A stretch of 64,000 bases of DNA from the NCBI GenBank assembly GCA_963575745.1, contig CAUYUJ010000070.1:558001-622000 (forward strand), read 5' to 3'. Both the position numbers and the translations under genes were made by a program. The notes beneath the pieces are model-generated. The model searched no databases, had not been told where the DNA came from, and was given only the letters and a program-made list of their open reading frames with translations. Every line of letters begins with the position of its first letter. Position 1 is the stretch's first letter. The stretch is from Prorocentrum cordatum. Taxonomy: Eukaryota. Positions 49,113-64,000 of this stretch are shown here, piece after piece.

Positions 49113-50559
49113 GGAGGAGGGGGAAGGTAAATGACAAACTTACACAAAAATGCAAGACCAAGGAAACAAGGGGGCACGCGCACACAAATGCACAACAACT
49201 ACACCACCGCGCGGGGTTCGCACCGTCGCCGCCGCCGCCGCCGTCGCCGCCGCCGTCGTCGTCGCTGTCGTCGTTGTCGGCGTCGTCGGCATCGGACGGC
49301 GCTTTTAGGACGGGGCGCCCTGCAATCGCTTCGTCGCCGTCACTTGGAAATTCCAGAACCCCGTTTAAGACCAAATGAGCGACGCAAAAAACACGGCGTC
49401 GTCTGCGCCGACATTGGCGTGCAAACTGCCCGCTTAAGGGCCTGCATAAGCGCCCCAGTGTGGCGTGGCACGATGGCGACCCGCGTAAGCCGCCGCCCGT
49501 TGTTGATCGTCGCTCATATACGCATGCGTCTCAAATCCCGAGTCTCGACCTTCGAGCACCCTCGCGAGTCCACATAGTCGTCCTCACCCTGCTCCCTCTT
49601 TCGTCTTCCCTCCACCCTGCCGCAGCGTGGTGGGCCAGAAGCGCCGCGCAAGAGCGAAGCACTTCCTGAGGTGGCAGGGGCCCGCATCATCAAACCTCCA
49701 GTGCATCGCCGACCGCCTCGAGAGGGCTGATTGGAACATGGACCTCGCCTGGGCGTAGTGCCTCGCGGAGCATGGCGAGGTGACCGCCCACGAGGTGCCC
49801 AAGTGGTGGCGGCGCAAGCTCGACAACAAGTGCACGATGCGGGCCATCGACGACGGGAAGCCTTCGAGGTGACAGCTGTGGGCGTGGCGGAGCACGCCAT
49901 CGAGTGGCCCAGGTCCAGTCGAGCGCCCAAGCGGGGGCGCTGAGGAGGCTGGGCGGCGCTGCCGTGCGAGGCGACCCAGCTGTGCCGGTGGCCTCGCGGA
50001 CCTGGCGGTGGCGCTCTTCATGTCCATCGGCGTCGTTTACTGGGACTTCGTCAGGGGCACCAGTTTCCCTAGCTGCTTCCAGCCGTTGCGACGCGGGGGC
50101 CCCCGAAGGCCAGCTACCGCTGTCTCAACTCGCCCTCCTCTGACTGTGGCTGCTAGTGAGGGCGGGGGAAAGGTCCTGATGTCTCGCGACTCCCCCCCCC
50201 CCGGACCTCCTCGGCGCGGTCTTCGCCGTGGAGGAGGCGCTGAGCAGACCGTGTGTGGGCTCCACTACGCACGCATTGCATCAATGTGTTGTGGGGTCAG
50301 CGTCACCACCACAAGTGTCGTCACTATCGTCATAATCGTCGTCATAATCATCAGCAGCAGCATCATGAGCAGCAGCAGCATCATCAGCATCATCAGCATC
50401 AGCATCAGCATCAGCATCAACATCAGCAGCAGCAGCATAAGACTAGTAATTCGCCGGCCCAACGGGCCAGAGGCGTGCTAAGATCTCCGGTAACTGGTTA
50501 ACAATTCTCTAGTTCGCGCGCGCGGGGCGGCCCCTGGGGGTCCCCGGACGAAAAGTACC

Positions 50560-51235
50560 CCGGCAAGGTCCTGAGAGAGTCCCGGGAGGAGTCCCCCAGA
50601 GCGCTCCAGGAGCGCTCCATGAGCGCACCAACAGGGCTCCGAGACGTCCCCGAGAGCCCCAAGAAAGGCCAAGAGGCCCCCAAGAGGCCCCCAAGATGGT
50701 ACACGAGGGGTCCGACATGCCACAAGATCGCTCCAAGACGCCCAAGATAGCCCCCAGACGCCCCAAGAGGCCTCCCAGAGCACTCCCAAGAGGGCCCCCG
50801 GAGGCAAAATTCATTGTTTTTCCATGGGTTTTTTTAAGAGATTTTGGAGCTTCCACCTTTTCGGTTCCCGACGCCCCAAGACGGCCCCAGAGGCCCCCAA
50901 GATCGCCCCAAGAGGGCCCAAGAGGCCCCCAAGAGGGCCCCAAGATGGCCCAAGAGGGCTCGAAGACGGCCCAAGAAGCCTCCAAGACGGTCCAAGAGGG
51001 CCCCAAGAACACCCCCAAAGGGGCCCCAGAGAGGGAACACGAAACAAATTTTCGCGCCCTCGGCCCTAAGAAGCCCCTACGAGGCCCCAAGAGGCCCCTA
51101 AGAGGCCCCAAGAGGCCCCCACGAGGCCCTCAGGAGGCCCCCAAGAGTCCCCCAAGCGGCCCCAGGAGGCCCCCTAAATGCCCCCCCGAGCGCCCCAGGA
51201 GTCCCCAAGCGGCCCCAGGAACCCCCAAAGCGCCG
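50560..51235 (+). repeat. GGCCCCAAGA-rich dispersed repeat
   Basis: Recurring GGCCCCAAGA units; related to 22600-25285. Confidence 0.75.
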
Positions 51236-51307
51236 CATTGACACCAGGCCCTCGGGCAAACGGCAGACATGAGACCGTATGGGCCGGCGGAATGAGCGAA
51301 GCGATTC

Positions 51308-51508
51308 AATAATAAAAATAGTAGTAATAATAATACTAATAAGAAGAATAATACTAAACATACTAATAACATTAATACTAAGAATAATACTAATGATAAT
51401 GATAACAATGCTGATGATGGTACGAATACGAATTATTCCAGCAACAACAACAATAATAATCATCATCATCCTCATCAGCATCATTTATCATCACAATCAT
51501 TATCATGG

Positions 51509-51578
<70 letters not shown>

Positions 51579-51617
51579 GTTCATCATCGTCATCACCAGC
51601 ATCATCAGCACCATCAG

Positions 51618-51653
<36 letters not shown>

Positions 51654-51793
51654 AATCAGTATCAGCATCATCACCATTATCATCATNNNNNNNNNNNNNN
51701 NNNNNNNNNNNNNNNNNNNNNNNNNNNNNNNNNNNNNNNNNNNNNNNNNNNNNNNNNNNNNNNNNNNNNNNNNNNNNNNNNNNNNNCACCACC

Positions 51794-51844
<51 letters not shown>

Positions 51845-51858
51845 GTCAGCAGCAGCAG

Positions 51859-51893
<35 letters not shown>

Positions 51894-51894
51894 G

Positions 51895-51928
<34 letters not shown>

Positions 51929-52760
51929 ATCATTAGCAGCATCAATATCAACATCAACGTCGTAGTCAGCATCAGCATCATCAACATCATTATCAGCATC
52001 ACCATCATCAGCATCATCAGCATCATCATCAGCAGCATCATCATTGTCATCATGATCAGCATCATCATCAGCAGCAGCATCATCCTTATCACAATCACCA
52101 TCAATCAGCATCGCCATCATCAGCATCATTAGCTTCATCATCGTCGTCATCATCATCACCAGCATCATCAGCATCAGCATCATAACCATCATCAGCATCA
52201 GCAGCAGCCGCATCAGCATCAGCATCACCATCATCGTCATCAGCATCACCATCATCGTCAGCATCAGCATCATCATCAGCATCATCAGCAGCATCAGCAT
52301 CAACATCATCAGCATCAGCATTATCATCAGCATCATAATCAGCAACAGCAGCTGCATGACCATCATCATCTCATCATCACCATCACCGTCGTCATCAGAA
52401 TCATCATCACCACTATCATCCTCAGCATCAGCATCAGCATTATCATCAGTATCGTCATCAGCAGCATAATCATCATCAGCAGACTCTTTCTCCTCCTCCT
52501 CCTCCTCCTCCTCCTCCTACTCATCCTCCTCCTCCTCCTCCTCGTGTTCCTCCTCCTCCTCCTCCTCTCCTCCTCCTCCTCCTCCTCCTCCTCCTCCTCC
52601 TCCTCTCCTCCTCCTCCTCCGTCTTTCTGTTCCTGCAGCTCCTCCTCCTCTTCCTCTCCTCCTCCTCCTCCTCCTCCTCCTCCTCCTCCTCCTCCTCCTC
52701 CTCCTCCTCCTCCTCCCACCCCCATCCTGTTCCTCCTCCGGATCTTCCTCATCATCATCC

Positions 52761-52811
<51 letters not shown>

Positions 52812-52832
52812 CCATTATCATCCTCCTCCTCC
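51308..52832. repeat. (AAT)n/(CAT)n/(CAG)n/(CCT)n trinucleotide microsatellites
   Basis: Directly visible. Confidence 0.97.
51687..51786. other. Assembly gap (100 N)
   Basis: Run of N; contiguity across it is not guaranteed. Confidence 0.99.
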
Positions 52833-53049
52833 ACATCCAGGCCCTCGCAACTATCTCGTTTTCTGACACTGCCATGTCGTCACTTCACACACCGATCCCA
52901 TCATCACGCGGAGCCTCCCTGCATGCGCGGACATATTGCCGCTCGCAGGTCGGTCCTGAACACGCGACAGGAGGCAGCAAATGCTAGCATCTGCGAACTT
53001 CCCTTGCTTGTTCCATGTGAACAAGTAGCACGCGTGCCACGGCTCTTGC

Positions 53050-54650
53050 ACGGAAAGGAAGGGGGAGGAGGCGGAGGGGGCGCGCTGGCTGGTGCGTGGG
53101 GTGATGGAGGGGGCACTCGGGACGGGGAGGGCGGTGCCGTGCCGAAAGAAAAGGGTCGGGGCAGAGGGGGCGCGTTGGCTGGTGGATAGGGGATGCGGAG
53201 GGGGCGCTCGGGAGGGGGAGGGAGGTGCCGTGCCGAAAGAAAGGGGTCGGGGCGGAGGGGGCGCATTGGCTGGTGGATGGGGGATGCGGAGGGGGCGCTC
53301 GGGGTGGTGCCGCGCGGTGCCGTGCCGAAATGAAAAAAATGAAAAACAAAAAAACAAAAAAAACAAAAAAAACAAAAAAAACAAAAGAAAAAAAACAGGG
53401 GAATAAAAAATCGGCGCGGAGGGGGCTGTGCCGCGTCGGAATAAAGGGGTCGGGGCGGAGGGGGCGCGCCGGCTGGCGGATGGGGGGATGCGGAGAGGGC
53501 TCGGGCCGGAGGCGGCGCGCTGGCTGGTAGGTGGGAGGATGCGAAGGGTCTTCTCTAAGGGGAGCGCGCGAGAAAGCGCTCTGGCTGGTGGGTGGGGGGA
53601 TGCAAAGGGGGCGCGCGGGATGGGAGGGGGGGCGGTGCCGTGCCGAAAAGGAGGGGTCGGGACGGGAGGGGGCGGGGAAACTGAAAGAGGGTGACGCAAG
53701 GGGGCGGGCGGGGCGGGAAATAGCGGAGTGGGCGCCTGGTGGAATGTGGAAGGGGCGCTGAATGTGGAGGGGGGCGGTGTGGAAGGGGCGCGCGGGATGG
53801 GAGGGGGGCGGTGCCGTGCCGAAATGAAAGGGTCGGGGCGGAGGCGGCGCGCTGGCCAGTGGATGGAGTGATGGAGGTGGCGCTCGGGATGGGGGGGCAG
53901 TGCCGTGCCGAAATAAAGGAGTCGGGGCGGAGGGGGCGCGCTGGCTGGCGGGCGGGGTGACGCAGAGAGGGCGCTCGGGATGGGGAGGGCGGTGCCGTGC
54001 CGAGGCGTCGGGGCCGAGGGGGCGCGCTGGCTGGTGGGTGGGGTGAGGCGGAGGGGCGTGCGGGATGGGGGGCGGCGGTGCCGTGCCGAAATAAAAGGGT
54101 TGGGACGGAGAGAGCGCGCTGGCTGATGCGGGGGGGCGGCGGCGCAGTGCCGAAATAAAGCGGTCGGGGCGGAGGAGGCGCGCTGGCCAGTCGGACCGGC
54201 GCCGTGCCCAAATATAGCGGTTGGGGCGCAGCGGGCGCGCTGGCTGGTGTATACAAAAGGGGCGGAAGAAGCGCGCTGGCTGGTGGAGGGGATGGGCGGC
54301 GCCGTGTCGAAATAGAGCAGTCAGGGCAGAGGGGGCGCGCCGGCTGGTGGGACCAGCGCTGCGCCGAAATAAAACAATCAGTGCGGAGGGGGCGCGCTGG
54401 CTGGCGGGGCTGGTGTCGTGCCGAAAAAAAGCTGTCGGGGCAGAGGGGGCGCTGGGGTCGAGGCGGAGGGGCTGGCTGCGCGGGGGGCGCAAGTGGGGGA
54501 TCGGTGCCGTGCCGAAATAAATCGGTCGGGGCGGAGGGGGCGCGCTGGCTGGCGGGGAGACGGGGGCGGTGCCGTGCCGAAATAAAGCAGTCGGGGCGGC
54601 GGGGCCCGCTGGATGGCGGGGCCGGGTGCCGTGCCGAAATAGAGCGGTCG
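53050..54650. repeat. Degenerate G-rich minisatellite (about 55-65-bp units)
   Basis: Recurring GGCGGTGCCGTGCCGAAA(T)AAA..GTCGGGGCGGAGGGGGCGCGCTGGCTGG. Confidence 0.85.
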
Positions 54651-55179
54651 AGGAGGAGGGGGCGCCACCGGGTCGAGGCGAAGCTTCCTCCTTCTCCTCC
54701 TCCGCCTCCTCCTCCTCCTCCTTCTCCTCCTTCTCCTCCTCCAATCCCACCAGCCCTTTAGGGCGTAGGTGGTTTAGGGTGTTTCCTCTTCCGCCCCCTT
54801 CTTCCCCTTCGGGGAGGGGTTTATCATTGTTCCCTATTAATATACACCCCCTCCCCCAGGCGACTGGGAGCCAACCCAGGTCCATGCGGGCACCCCGCCA
54901 CCATCCCTTGTAAAAAAATACGCTGCGACGTACCCAACCCTTTCTATACATGTGGTGGTTACATTCAGGACCACTCAATGCTGACGGGCATGCTGGAAAA
55001 CCCGCAGTGCGGAAGAAGAGCACCCATCAGTGAACTCAGAAGAGCGCATCAAGAAGAGCAGCGGCAACGCGTAAGACGTACCTCCGCTGGGCCTCCCAGG
55101 AGCCCACGAAAATGGCGACAGTTGCGCAGATCGCAAGCCCCCCAGGGGGCGGCGAGGTCCCGAGGTGGTCCGCGTGCTC

Positions 55180-58235
<3,056 letters not shown>

Positions 58236-58236
<1 letters not shown>

Positions 58237-58554
58237 ATGATCCCCCCGCGCTCTGTTTCTCAGTTTCCTAGTGTCTGATGCCAGCGCCGTCTGGAATCTG
58301 ACTGCACACGAGCGTGGGTGAGCAGAGGCACGGCGGCGCACACTTCACCCGATGTGAAAGAATGGAAACGGCTTGGGCAAGGCCACGGGGAGCCGAAAAA
58401 CTAATTACGAGCGCGCATAGATCATTCACGTACAACTCACATGATCCCCCCGCGCTCTGTTTCTCAGTTTCCTAGTGTCTGATGCCGGCGCCGTCTGGAG
58501 TCTGACTGCACACGAGCGTGGGTGAGCAGAGGCACGGCGGCGCACACTTCACCC
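58236..58554 (-). repeat. Split direct repeats: B1 58440-58554, putative A2 58351-58439, B2 58236-58350
   Basis: Two 115-bp copies differing at two positions, separated by 89 bp. Confidence 0.9.
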
Positions 58555-58580
58555 ATATCACCCATAACATGATGTGTCAC

Positions 58581-59931
58581 CTACTTTGCTGCGCTGGGAG
58601 GAGTAGCTACACGCTTGCCACGGGCACTGAAAGAGAGCGGCGGCGGCGGCTGCACCGCGCGGCCTCTGAGAATCGAGTCCTCGAGCGCGTCTACCTGCTC
58701 CTCCAGCCAGCAGCGCAGCGCCAGGGGAAGCAGAGCGTAGTCTTTCATCATCATGCCTGACTTCTCGTAGCGCTGCACACTTTTGGTAGACATCCAGCCA
58801 CCGCGACGTTGCACCTCGTACAGGTTGCGATGCTTTTATATATATATATGTATCCCAGGAAGCGCCGTCATGGCGCAACTGGTAAGGTACAATATCTTGG
58901 CCGAGCAGTCGGCCTTGCTTACGAATTTCACGCACTAACTCTGGATAGGTAAACTGCCACAAGCTCTCATTTCGTTTTCCGACGGCTAGAATCTGAAGAA
59001 CTTCGCCCATCCATTCAAAACCCTGAGTGTCCCACAAGATGGTGTCGTCGTGAGTTCCTACTTTCGAGACCTGGTGGAGGTCTGACCTGTGTGCGAGCAC
59101 ACGCCACATGGTGTCGACCTTCATGGTAGGTGGGACCAGCGAGCCCCTGGTGAGCTGCATCATAGAGCCTGGGCGCAGGTAGGTGCAGAAAGCGATGATC
59201 GCCCAGATGGCCATGCCCAGGTGCCCCTCGTAGGCCAGCAGCGCGGCCAACCCTGCGACCGTCGGCAGGGTCAAGGGCTGTCGACTGCGCGGTGGGTCCA
59301 GCTTGGCCCAGCCCCTGGCAGCCCGCCAGGCTCGCGGAAGAGAAAGGTCGCCTAGCTTGCCAAAACGAGGTTGGAAGAACACCACGGCCGCGATCAACTT
59401 CTGACCGATGCCCGCGTCGTAGCCCAGCATGTACATGTGGGTCATGAAGGCGACGATGGCCACGTCGAAGTCCTGCGCTTTGTCGGTGTCCAGCTTGCGC
59501 TCGTCGACGTAGTCCACCAGGCCTCGATATAGCTTTCGATATTGCGCCCAGGTTCGCTCTCCTACCGAGCTTCGTTCTAGCACCGAAACGTGCTTCATAC
59601 CTGGCTCTTTTGCCATCTTCGCATGGTGGATCTTGCGCCTCAGCACGCGATCCTGCACGAGCGGGTTGCCATCCTCCTCCGAGGTCGTGCCGTCCGAAGC
59701 TTCCAGACGGCTGGCGCCCCTTTCCGCCTCCTCCAGCAGCACGGGCAAGGGGGGGCGATCGCGTCGCTGTGGCAAAGTAGCCTGCCACCTCTTCTCTAGT
59801 GGCAGCGGGTCCGCACGACGAAGAAGCACACGAACTTCCCTCTCCTCCGTCGGAGCCGCTCTCTTGGCCTTCCTCACCAAGGACATGATGAGCCCACTCA
59901 AGTAAAGAAGTAGAGCATGGTGGGACTTCAT
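58581..59931 (-). pseudogene. Tyrosine recombinase, frameshifted at a (TA)n tract
   Basis: TYLRPG (R), SKVG (K), YQLRHDG (HxxR box), then RRGGW...SVQRYEK (W and catalytic Y) in ORF 58581..58814. Confidence 0.9.
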
Positions 59932-62230
59932 GCTTGGCCAAAACGGCTACAGAGCACTGCCGTTCTCGAGCGAGACGGCGTATATCAGAAGCGACGCTCA
60001 ACTCGACCGTGCCCCCCCGATGCAGACCGGGGTCCCTTGAAGGTTTGTCGGAGCTGTTGAACTCACTCGGGATCCACCTGAACCCCACGGAGAGGTTTCG
60101 CGAGAGCGCCAGCGCCGCCGCCCGCCGAACCTGCACCAGCAGAGGAAAAGCACGGGCCCTGGATCTTGCAAAGCTGAGCGTGACACCGAGATTATCCCCA
60201 AGAGCCAGCAGACGACAGCTATGTACTCCAGGTTCCAAAACCACATTAGCGATCCCAAGGACTCCAGCTCTGGCTTCCCCCTCATGTACAATCATCTTTC
60301 TCCTCCAGGAATGGCAGAATAGCACTTCCCAGTCTTTCCCCACAAGCCCCTCGAGCGGAACCTCGGGAAAGGACAAGTCTTGCTCCCAAAGCTCCGAGAC
60401 GTCCTCGAACGACGGCGGCGGCGTCACAAACACCAGGGGGTCATCAGGGTCGAGGCAAGAAAGCGCATGCCCACGAGCTTGCGCAGCATCCTGACGAACA
60501 AATCTAACTCTCTCTTGGACTCCCCCCTGAGCGGCCGCCCAGGCAGGAGATCTAGTAGCAACACAGGCCCCAGCACCCTCAGGGCAGGAGTCATACGTCA
60601 ACACTTCTCCAAGCCAGCAGCGGGACCAGTCAGAACGGATAAGAGGCATGAGGTAGAGGAAAGACTCGAGCTCCTCACGCGCTGTTGGCCACAATGGAGC
60701 CCACGAGTGACGGCACCGCCGAGCGAACTTGTAGACCGAGGCGAAGCAGGAGAGGAGAGGACGCTGAAGCATAGCGAGGTAGGTGCAGTGGCCCAGAAGA
60801 ACCTCGAGGGCTTTTCCAGTTACCTTGGGCGCCTCCAAGAAAGCCCCCAGAGTCCAACGAATCTTCCAGTACCGCTTCCCCGCAGGCCTGAAACACTTTA
60901 GCTCCCCGTTGAACTCGATCCCAAGAGCGTCCCGAACCTGGCCAGCCTCCTGGACTTCGCGACACCGCATTTTGTTAGCGTTAAGAACGTTTTTGATGTT
61001 ATCAAGCGACTTCTGGACCTCAATCTGGTCCGCTCCCAAGACCCCCACGTTGTCCACATACACGTAAAAGACGGGCGCGGAGTCCTTACTTATGACGAGC
61101 CCGCCCCCCCCTGTCCTCCATCGCCACAGAGCCTTCCATCCCAGAGGCCTCCCGAACCAGGCGAGCATTGATACGCTGGGCCCCGAAGACCGACCAAGAG
61201 AAGCCCATGGGGAGCACAGCCATGGCGGCCCACGCAAGCCCGCCGTCTCCAGGAACCTCCCGTCCCCGAACATGCGCCAGACCTAGCTCTCGTGCGCGAA
61301 CGGGGGGTAGACAAAAATAGTCGCCCAAGTCGCTGTCTACACCGATTCTGCGAAAGCAGTTGTCCACGTCAAGAGACGCCTCAAAAAGCTCAACACCTCC
61401 CTCCACATCCAGGCGGGCGAAACTCTCAGGCGCGGCCAGCAGAGTACTAGGAGGATCTCGGAAAAGCTGGTTAGTGCGTCTCGCATCGATGATAAGTCGC
61501 TGTCTTCCATCCTTTTTTCGAACAGAGAACGGGGTGGCGATTTCTTTGGGCGTAGTCGACCACCTGATGAGACCACGACCGTGCAACATCTTCAGAAAGC
61601 GAACGTACTCGTGCCGTCGAGTGCGAAGCTTCTGGTCAAAATACGGGTTAATAGACTCGCCGTAGTCTCTCATTTGCATCACTTCCTTCACATCTCTCAT
61701 CATGCTCTTCCTAAAGTTCACCACCGCCTCCCTGTCCTCCTGAGAAACCAAGTCCTGAAGCAACATCCTGTCCTGGACTCCTTCGGGCAGAGAGACGAGG
61801 GCTCGATCGAACTCGACGACCGCGGAAGCTGCGTGGTCATAACCACACTTGCTCTGGAGGAGCTCGCGCACGGCTCCCTCCTCATCCAAAAAAGGCGGCA
61901 CAGGCGGCTGTTGGGTAACTCGTCCCGCGACAAAAACGCGAATCTCGCTCACCACCTCTTGGCGAACGAGAGGGCTCGAAGCTCGGGAATATAGCCAATT
62001 GAGGCCCGTCAAAACCTCCCCGAACTCACGCGACTGGTGGCTCCTGAGGTTCGATCCCCGCCTGCACCTTCTCGAGAGACGCGTCGGCGGAGAAGCAGCG
62101 TGGTCACAAAACTCGAGCGGAAACAGCGGCACCTGTCGTGCTTCCCGCGCATCACTCTCGCCTGTCAGCGTGCATGCCGCGCGGCGACTGCGGCGCGCAC
62201 TATCATCGGTCTTGCGGGCAAGGATGGAGG
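59930..62230 (-). pseudogene. DIRS-type reverse transcriptase-RNase H (frameshifted)
   Basis: KKDGRQRLIIDARRTN, LDVDNCF, VLPMGFSWS, YVYVDN; RNase H motifs TYDSCPEG, HEGEA, GDNLG, WIPSEFNSSDKPSR. Confidence 0.92.
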
Positions 62231-62232
62231 CC

Positions 62233-63642
62233 TCACTGATCTTTGCTCTCCTCCTTCTCCTTGCCCTTCCCTGTGGACTTCCCGCGCTTGAGGGCGACCT
62301 TGGCCTCGTCCCTCAGAGCCTTGGCCTTGCTGGTCTGTTTGTCGATCTCTGCCTCCTCTCGCACCTCCTTGGCCACGTAGGTGCGAAGCGCCGGCGCCAC
62401 AAGCTGTGCTCGGCGGTTGTAGCCCGAGAACTTATCAGCAATCTCGTAGTTCGGGTTCATAGGGTTCTTACCATGAGCCTCAAGTATAGCCTGCCATCTC
62501 CGCCCCAACCTCTCGAAGGCCGCGAGCGAAGCCACGTCAAGCTGATCGTAAGAGATAGCCAGTTCAAAAACCTCCGCCATCACCCGCATCTCGTGAATAG
62601 AGCGATCGTTCTCGCTCCATCCCGCCGTCTGGAGATGGCGCTCTAGCCAGAACGTAAGCACCATCGCCAGCTGGGCAAACGACATCATCAGCCACAAGAA
62701 AGTGCGAGGACCATCCAAAGGCCAGTCCGAGAAGGCGCCCTCGACCATCTCCTTGACCGAGTCCACCCAGACGCGCTCCCTGCGGTTGAAGGCATTGAAC
62801 TTCACCGACAGCGTGCGAACATCCTCGTCCGCCTTCTCGTCAGGCTCCTCACCCGCACCAGGAAGCTGCGGGCCAGCAGGAGCCCCCCGCAGGGCCTGGA
62901 GCCCTGTGGGCGAGCCAGGGCCTCCATCACGCTCCTCGGGCGTGTGAGTGCCACCCAGGCCCACCAGCAGCAGGGACTTGCGGCCCGCGAAGTAGCCATC
63001 GAGGTCGTCCACCTTGATTCGCTCGAGCGCCGCGACGACTGAGCCAAACTTGGCGAAGCCGCGGTTCCCGAGCTTGCACGCCACGGACTCCTTAGCGACC
63101 TGAATACTGATCCTCGCCACCTCCTGGTCCCCGTCGAAGACAGGCTCCGACACGACCCAGACCTCGTCATTCTCGGGAGCGTCGGCAAGGTCAGCCTGCC
63201 CATCAGCAGGCTGCGGCAGAGGAGGAGCAGGACCTCGCGGACCGAGGAGGGGCCGACGGAAGTTCCTGATCGCAAACGTGTCATCCCGCACTCTAGCGCG
63301 CGGGATCCCGTCGAGCCCCTCGTCGGCGATGACCTGCGACGCCTCGGCCCTAAGCTCCGAGAACTTGCCCCAGGGCACCGTCTGATCGAAACGGTAGATG
63401 GGCCTCGGTAGCCCCCTCGGCACCGTGCGACCTTTCAGCACCTCAACTCTGATGGGCCCGCGATCTCCCGTGGTCCTCCATTCCTCCGCGTAGACATCGA
63501 AGTCAGGCGAAGCCCCAACCCAGATACGTCTATCATCCAGTGACTTAACTTCCCTCAGCAAAATCCGCTCATGACCGTATTCGTCCCCTTCGTACCAGTA
63601 GATGGCATAGCCACCTGGCAGAGCCTCCACGGCTCCCGCCAT
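62233..63642 (-). CDS. Gag-like ORF1 of the YR retrotransposon (about 469 aa)
   Basis: Intact ORF upstream of RT; HERILL, SPDFDVYAE, DVRTL, DWPLDGPRT and YDQLDVASLAAFE motifs; basic C-terminus. Confidence 0.75.
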   Translation of the reverse strand: MAGAVEALPGGYAIYWYEGDEYGHERILLREVKSLDDRRIWVGASPDFDVYAEEWRTTGDRGPIRVEVLKGRTVPRGLPRPIYRFDQTVPWGKFSELRAEASQVIADEGLDGIPRARVRDDTFAIRNFRRPLLGPRGPAPPLPQPADGQADLADAPENDEVWVVSEPVFDGDQEVARISIQVAKESVACKLGNRGFAKFGSVVAALERIKVDDLDGYFAGRKSLLLVGLGGTHTPEERDGGPGSPTGLQALRGAPAGPQLPGAGEEPDEKADEDVRTLSVKFNAFNRRERVWVDSVKEMVEGAFSDWPLDGPRTFLWLMMSFAQLAMVLTFWLERHLQTAGWSENDRSIHEMRVMAEVFELAISYDQLDVASLAAFERLGRRWQAILEAHGKNPMNPNYEIADKFSGYNRRAQLVAPALRTYVAKEVREEAEIDKQTSKAKALRDEAKVALKRGKSTGKGKEKEESKDQ

Positions 63643-63914
63643 CACTGTTCAATGCGACCGAACCCTCCTCGACGAGGGGCAGCAACACGACGAGGACAAC
63701 AAAGCCGAGTGAGCAGACCTCCGACTGCTGCTCCGAGTAGCACTCCCAGGAGGCCGACGTTGGCAAGGGAGACGCCGGGGTCCGTGGGTGCGATGTAGCA
63801 CGTCCTGTTGAAGAAGTCGGGCGGCACCTCGCACACGGGATGACGTTCCAGCGGCAGCGGACACACACACACAGTCGGGTGCCTTCGGACACTCCGAAGG
63901 CCGAGGGCAGTCAC
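63642..63914 (-). CDS. Small Cys-containing putative membrane protein upstream of gag
   Basis: Hydrophobic VGLLGVLLGAAVGGLL followed by a basic tail; its stop overlaps the gag start as TGATG. Confidence 0.45.
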   Translation of the reverse strand: MTALGLRSVRRHPTVCVCPLPLERHPVCEVPPDFFNRTCYIAPTDPGVSLANVGLLGVLLGAAVGGLLTRLCCPRRVAAPRRGGFGRIEQ

Positions 63915-64000
63915 AGAAGCAGTCTGGGCACTGGTGTCGTGCGGAAAGTGAAGCTAATGAAGCGAGCTCCCTCGCAAGTCCGACTGCGAAGACACCGATG

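Noticed and set aside
49620..50080. Protein-like plus-strand segment (KHFLRWQG...VPKWWRRKLDNK)
   Set aside because: Interrupted by stops with no recognisable family; cannot be supported as a gene
54756..54779. Two TTTAGGG telomere-like heptamers
   Set aside because: Not tandem; too few to call an interstitial telomere

Overview
Repeat-dense, GC-rich eukaryotic DNA, almost certainly from a dinoflagellate: it contains a 20/22 match to the dinoflagellate spliced leader, tiny exons with GC donors and dinoflagellate-type retroelements. The main feature is a full-length but decayed 16.36-kb Ty1/copia LTR retrotransposon on the minus strand (898-17254). It has 237/241-bp LTRs, an AGAGG target-site duplication and a tRNA primer-binding site. 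Besides Gag-PR-IN-RT-RNase H, its polyprotein region carries a Tpt1/KptA RNA 2'-phosphotransferase (ADP-ribosyltransferase fold), a RING-H2 finger and a cytosine-methyltransferase-like domain. Its sense strand has at least 15 perfect GNRA-tetraloop mini-hairpins, and its LTR ends are non-canonical. The rest of the window holds two DINE-1/HINE-like non-autonomous elements with satellite cargo, candidate mini-exons of a host gene, and a degenerate CACTA/EnSpm-like transposase with co-oriented accessory ORFs and palindromic repeats. It also has kilobases of microsatellite, a 100-N gap and a tyrosine-recombinase (DIRS/PAT/Ngaro-type) retrotransposon with split direct repeats that runs off the right edge. 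All domain calls come from motifs recognised by eye; no searches were run.
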